A program made the translations under genes and the position numbers. A stretch of DNA of 64,000 nt from Thermoproteota archaeon (lineage in GTDB: Archaea > Korarchaeota > Korarchaeia > Korarchaeales > Korarchaeaceae). The notes under the pieces were generated by a model. It did not search any database and was not told the origin of the DNA. It was given only the letters and a program-made list of their open reading frames with translations. How positions within the stretch are numbered: the first letter of the stretch is position 1; each line of letters opens with the position of its first letter. Below, in pieces: positions 59,677 through 64,000 of this stretch. The stretch is taken from NCBI GenBank assembly GCA_015522685.1, contig WALU01000035.1, positions 58,035-122,034 on the forward strand, read 5' to 3'.

Positions 59677-60114
59677 TCAGAAATCCCTTAGACTAGATAA
59701 GAAATCCCTTAGACTAGATAAAACAGATTTTGGAAATGTAAATTTCACTCTCATGTATCCTCCCGGCCCCCCATCATAGAGAGCTATTCTCCTAAAGACG
59801 AGATCTTGTTTATTTAGTCTAATATATAAGTTTCTACCATCTATATGTGAGCCTAAGTTCCCTAGGAACTCAAGAAACTCGCACTCTCTCAGGCCACATA
59901 TGATCAATTTCAATGCTTCTACAGCTTTTTTCTCACTAAGTGATATTTTTATAGATTTAAACGAGTACCCATAGTAACTTTTAAAGTTATTTTCATCTAT
60001 CTTAGGATTATTCTCTTTTGCGAAGAGAAGAATTAAACTCTTTACTCTATCTTCCACCTCTGTCGGATAAGCCATTACAGTAATCTCTGCTGAGATAAGA
60101 GGAGTATTAGGCAA
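59677..60114 (-). CDS. DUF54 / COG1325-type RNA-binding protein
   Basis: YPTE...V, YG, LYIRL.KQ; between rpl15e and Rpp30. Confidence 0.78.
   Translation of the reverse strand: MPNTPLISAEITVMAYPTEVEDRVKSLILLFAKENNPKIDENNFKSYYGYSFKSIKISLSEKKAVEALKLIICGLRECEFLEFLGNLGSHIDGRNLYIRLNKQDLVFRRIALYDGGPGGYMRVKFTFPKSVLSSLRDFLSSLRDF
59679..59720 (+). repeat. Perfect 21-bp tandem duplication (LSSLRDF twice at the C-terminus)
   Basis: agaaatcccttagactagata at 59679-59699 and 59700-59720. Confidence 0.9.
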
Positions 60115-60118
60115 GGAA

Positions 60119-60721
60119 TCAGACCCTCAATCTAGCAAGCCTTCTCTTTCTTTTAAATCTCTTAACTATCGTAGGCAGGCCTCTATAGGCTCTGAGTCCT
60201 CTAGATTTCTTACCTGCACTAGTAAGACCTCTAAATACTCTCCTTTTATTAGCTGGATTGAGGATCCAGTTGATCCTAGGATCCGATTTCACTACCGGGT
60301 GATGAGGATCTACGAGGATTATTTCATACCAGTAATGCTTCCCGTCTTCAGCTACATAGTATGAATTAAGTACTTCTAGGTTGGAGAATTTTCTCGCAGC
60401 TCTTTCCTCAGCTATTTGTCTTATGCTCTTACTAGGAGTAAGCTTTAGTATACCAAGGCCAGCTGGTTTTCTACCTGATTTAGGCCTACTTTTCCTCCTT
60501 CCCCCTTTCCTTATCCTAACTCTAACAACCACAAAGCCTTGCTTTGCCTTGTAACCAAGACTTCTAGCTCTATCTATTCTGGTAGGCTTGCCAAGCCTTA
60601 TCACTGCTGGCTCTCGTCTCCATTGGATTAACCTATCTTTCCATAGCCTTATGAGATCTTCCTCCCCTTCTCCTCGCTTTCTCCAGATAAGCTTCTCAGC
60701 GTACCTTCCTGCCACTGTCAA
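60119..60721 (-). CDS. rpl15e: 50S ribosomal protein eL15
   Basis: [33 protein letters not shown]. Confidence 0.97.
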   Translation of the reverse strand: MTVAGRYAEKLIWRKRGEGEEDLIRLWKDRLIQWRREPAVIRLGKPTRIDRARSLGYKAKQGFVVVRVRIRKGGRRKSRPKSGRKPAGLGILKLTPSKSIRQIAEERAARKFSNLEVLNSYYVAEDGKHYWYEIILVDPHHPVVKSDPRINWILNPANKRRVFRGLTSAGKKSRGLRAYRGLPTIVKRFKRKRRLARLRV

Positions 60722-60788
60722 ATTTACACCCTACATTCAAGTCCTGACCTTAGTGGATTTTAAAAATTTGATAGTTTAATTATACGAG

Positions 60789-61982
60789 ATGCTCATAGGC
60801 TTAGTAGGAAAAACTAATGTTGGAAAGACAACGTTTTTCTCAGCAGCCACGCTAGTGGAAGCCGAAAGGGACAATAGACCCTTCGTCACGATAAATCCAA
60901 ATGAAGGCGTAGGATATATTAGGGTTAAATCGGTGTGTGCAGAGTTCGGGGTGAGGTGTCAGCCGAAGTGTGGTTGGTGCAATGGAAGATTTAGGTATGT
61001 GCCAATAAAACTTTTGGATGTAGCCGGTCTAGTTAAGGGAGCTCATAAGGGGAGAGGGTTAGGAAATAAATTCCTTGATGACCTTAGAAGATCTAGCGTG
61101 AACATAATAGTAGTAGATGCACCTGGTTCAACTGATGATAGAGGAAATCCAGTTCCTCCATCATCTCATGATCCTCTAGAGGATGTAGTTATCGTTAAGG
61201 AAGAGTTCTCTCTTTGGGTGGCCTCTATTATTGAAAGAGCCAAGAGCAAGATAAGAAGTAGGATAATTGGAGGGTCTTCAATAGATGCTGCTTTATATGA
61301 GATCTTATCAGGGCTTGATGTAAGAAGAGAAGTGATAAAGGAGGTGCTTGAGGATTTATCTCTAGAAATGCCTCCGATGGAGTGGACCGAAGAGCGACTG
61401 CTGGACTTCTCTCGTGAAATCTTAAAGAGAAGCAAGCCCTTTGTGATAGCTGCTAACAAAGTAGACGTTCCTAAGGCAGAGGATAACATTAATAGGTTGG
61501 GCAGAGAGCTAGACGACCCTATAATACCAGTATCCGCAGAAGCAGAGCTTATACTTAGGAGAGCAGCAAGATCAGGGTTCATTAGATATGAGCCAGGAGA
61601 TCCAGACTTCGAGGTCGTTGATGAGAGTAAGTTAACTAGAGTCCAGTTGAAAGCCTTAGATACCGTAAGGGAGAGTGTTCTTAATAAATTTGGTAGCACA
61701 GGAGTTCAAGATACCCTTGAAGCGGCAGTTTATAAGGTATTGAAGATGAAGGTCGTCTTCCCGGTAGAGAACGAGACGAAGCTATCAGATAGAGATGGGA
61801 ATGTGCTCCCCGATGCGATAATACTCCCAGAAGATGGTACTGTTGAGGATCTAGCTGAGAAGATACACAGTGAGATAGCGAAAAAGGCGCTCTACGGAAT
61901 TGATGTGAGAAATAAGAGAAGAATATCCCTAGATCACGTACTGAGCCATAGAGATATTGTAAAGATAGTGGCTGCTAGGTAA
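60789..61982 (+). CDS. ychF: Obg-family YchF-like NTPase with TGS domain (archaeal type)
   Basis: GKTNVGKTT, PF.TI.PN.G, DVAGLV.GAH.G.GLGNKFL, ANK.D, LPDA. Confidence 0.88.
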   Translation: MLIGLVGKTNVGKTTFFSAATLVEAERDNRPFVTINPNEGVGYIRVKSVCAEFGVRCQPKCGWCNGRFRYVPIKLLDVAGLVKGAHKGRGLGNKFLDDLRRSSVNIIVVDAPGSTDDRGNPVPPSSHDPLEDVVIVKEEFSLWVASIIERAKSKIRSRIIGGSSIDAALYEILSGLDVRREVIKEVLEDLSLEMPPMEWTEERLLDFSREILKRSKPFVIAANKVDVPKAEDNINRLGRELDDPIIPVSAEAELILRRAARSGFIRYEPGDPDFEVVDESKLTRVQLKALDTVRESVLNKFGSTGVQDTLEAAVYKVLKMKVVFPVENETKLSDRDGNVLPDAIILPEDGTVEDLAEKIHSEIAKKALYGIDVRNKRRISLDHVLSHRDIVKIVAAR

Positions 61983-63039
61983 AACATGTCCTATCTTTCC
62001 ATAGCTTCCCTTTGATAATAGAACAGTCATTCATCCTTACTGAGGGTGCAGTGACCACACTCATCAACTTAGATCTTGATATTATGCTTGAATCTGTAAT
62101 AAGAGAGTCTTTAACCTCCGATGAATTGATGCTACTCCCTTTCATAGCAATTGAGTTCTCTAATTTCGATGATCTTACTTTTGAACCATCCTCTAAATAT
62201 ACATAGGGATGTAGTTTGGAGTTTGCTACCTCACACTGCCCGATGGCTAGAGGCCCGAGAATTTCAGAATTAACTAGCTCAGCCTTCTCCGAAATGAGAA
62301 TACCACCTTCTTCTAATTCAAAGTTCTTAGGCTTTAGCCTATATCCTGCTATAACATCTTGGAAGAGGAGTCTTTGTGCTTTAAGAAAATCAGACGGCCT
62401 ACCTGCATCTACCCAGGGAGATATCTCTATTACTCCAACTTTCTCTCCATTCCTAGCTGCGAGTGTTAGGGCATCAGTTAGTTCGATTTCTCCTCTAGGG
62501 GAGATTCTTATGTTTTTTAGGTAATCAAAGATTGTTTGAGATAAATAAAATGCCCCAGCTATCACTAAATTCGATGGCTCCTTTCCCTTATCAGGCTTCT
62601 CAACAATTCTATTAAGCAGGCCATCTTTCAGATCAATAACGCCGAACTCCCAAGGTCTGGCCACAGGCGATACAGCTGCTATGTGATCATACTTATCTGC
62701 TGAGGAGATGATAAGATCTTTCGTTTTTGGGGGGATATATACGTCAGAGTATACAAGGAGGAAGCTCTCTTTAATGAATTCCTCTAACCTCAGGACAGCG
62801 TGGCCAGTCCCAAGAGGAGCTCCTTGATCTACCAAAGAAAAACCATACTCTTCAGATAATTTTGAAAATAAATTTTTCTTATAACTAACAACTGCATAAA
62901 TTGGAGATTCATCTTTAACTGTAATAAGATTATATTCAAAGAGAGTGGAGCCAGCGATGGGAAGTAGAGGCTTAGGTCTGGCCTCTGTGGCAGGTAAGAG
63001 CCTATTGCCTTTACCTGCCGCCAGAAGCGCTGCTTTCAA
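61975..63039 (-). CDS. Sugar-phosphate nucleotidyltransferase (GlmU/RmlA-like) with a short left-handed beta-helix tail
   Basis: LAAG.G.RL.P.T...PKPL, Q..PLGTG, EKP, SPRGEIELTD, W.D.G. Confidence 0.88.
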   Translation of the reverse strand: MKAALLAAGKGNRLLPATEARPKPLLPIAGSTLFEYNLITVKDESPIYAVVSYKKNLFSKLSEEYGFSLVDQGAPLGTGHAVLRLEEFIKESFLLVYSDVYIPPKTKDLIISSADKYDHIAAVSPVARPWEFGVIDLKDGLLNRIVEKPDKGKEPSNLVIAGAFYLSQTIFDYLKNIRISPRGEIELTDALTLAARNGEKVGVIEISPWVDAGRPSDFLKAQRLLFQDVIAGYRLKPKNFELEEGGILISEKAELVNSEILGPLAIGQCEVANSKLHPYVYLEDGSKVRSSKLENSIAMKGSSINSSEVKDSLITDSSIISRSKLMSVVTAPSVRMNDCSIIKGKLWKDRTCFT

Positions 63040-63664
63040 TTTGTTCCTGCACCTCTGTAGTTTTCATCTCGACAGGAGTCTCCGATTGTTTGAGCAATAG
63101 CATCTTCCTAAGTTCCACGTACTTCACTGGAGCGACTTTAGAAGCAGCTTTCTGGATCTCTGAGAGTATTAGTATAGGTTCCTTGAATATATATGATTTG
63201 ATAAGATCTTCTACTGTATGTTTGGGTATTACTTCCTTTAGGTATTCATCCACTTTCGCCCTAATTGCATGCTTCTGGCTGCTTTTTATTCTCGTTACCG
63301 TTACAATCAAGGTGAAAACTCTGACCTCACTACCTTCTCCTGTTATACTATCTGTTTGGATATCAACCCTAGAACTCCTCCTCTGAATTATGGACCTCAT
63401 ATAGTCTCTGTTCAGCATTTCTTTGATGAATCTAGCGTATGCTTTATTTCCATCGACTTTAAATATATGGAACCAGAGTTTGTATTTCTCGTGCATGAAA
63501 TCTCCCGTTATATCTCTAACAGAGACTTCCACGTTCCTATTTAGAAGCTTCTCTGGATCACTGGCTGGAGTCTCCCCTATCCACTGATCCGGGAACATAT
63601 CCACTGCATAAACTTGGTACCAAGTCTTTGATACACCCTTTCTTCGCGCCTTTCTTCTAGGCAT
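63011..63664 (-). CDS. rps3ae: 30S ribosomal protein eS1 (S3ae)
   Basis: K.WY, IGETPA.DP, R.VE....D.TGD, DY.RS...R.SSRVD. Confidence 0.95.
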   Translation of the reverse strand: MPRRKARRKGVSKTWYQVYAVDMFPDQWIGETPASDPEKLLNRNVEVSVRDITGDFMHEKYKLWFHIFKVDGNKAYARFIKEMLNRDYMRSIIQRRSSRVDIQTDSITGEGSEVRVFTLIVTVTRIKSSQKHAIRAKVDEYLKEVIPKHTVEDLIKSYIFKEPILILSEIQKAASKVAPVKYVELRKMLLLKQSETPVEMKTTEVQEQIESSASGGR

Positions 63665-63726
63665 TTATTATCCCTCGGCAGCATTTCAGTGAGAGGTATT
63701 ATAATCTTTTTTGACGGTATGTGCAT

Positions 63727-64000
63727 GTGCCTCCAGTGATAGAAATAGAAAACGTATCTTTCAAATATGAAGACAGTGAGAGACCAGCGCTCCTAGATAT
63801 AAATCTAAAGATTAATAGAGGAGATTTTCTATTGATAACTGGTTCAAGCGGTTCTGGTAAATCCACCCTGCTTAGATTACTGAACGGCCTCATACCTCAT
63901 TTCTATAGAGGAGAAATGAAGGGAAGGGTTCTGGTTGATGGTATTGATACAAAAGAAGCGAGCGTAGCGCAGCTAGCTAGGAAAGTGGGGTTGGTATTTC
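63727..64000 (+). CDS. ABC/ECF transporter ATPase (CbiO/EcfA-like); 5' part only
   Basis: Manual translation PVIEIENVSFKYEDSERPALLDINL...GSSGSGKSTL...LNGLIPHFY.G...VGLVF, open to the window end. Confidence 0.88.
   Translation, partial: MPPVIEIENVSFKYEDSERPALLDINLKINRGDFLLITGSSGSGKSTLLRLLNGLIPHFYRGEMKGRVLVDGIDTKEASVAQLARKVGLVF

Noticed and set aside
1-64000. CRISPR arrays, rRNA, SRP/RNase P RNA, IS elements, and the many antisense ORFs in the track
   Set aside because: No regularly spaced repeats, long GC-rich non-coding blocks or transposase motifs were seen; the short antisense ORFs are shadows of real genes with no motifs.

Overview
64 kb of densely coding, AT-rich archaeal core genome. 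Gene content (class I LysRS, Gins23-MCM, FBP aldolase/phosphatase, non-catalytic proteasome beta, exosome superoperon) points to a thermophilic TACK archaeon; Korarchaeota is my best guess and is inference only. It holds a split, convergent A/V-type ATP synthase cluster, thermosome-rpo6-alba-lysS, a tfb-rpo12-sec11-tbp cluster, GINS-MCM-Hel308-purB-beta-CASP, an oapABC-like GTPase operon, the L15e-RNase P-proteasome-exosome superoperon, five intron-less CCA-less tRNAs and one heavily decayed radical-SAM pseudogene. I see no CRISPR array, IS element, integrase, rRNA or intein. The most unusual signals are: (1) two tRNAs with C where U is expected (tRNA-Gly C33; tRNA-Thr C4.A69), both sitting directly upstream of protein-coding genes, one heading the operon that encodes RNase Z, which suggests tRNA editing coupled to mRNA release; (2) G-U-rich structured RNA elements on both sides of an orphan winged-helix gene; (3) a UDP-GlcNAc 2-epimerase with an RCK_C-like tail; (4) an M20 protein with a degenerate active site; (5) perfect palindromes over the tfb and oapABC promoters. 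All family calls come from motif recognition by eye; no searches were run.
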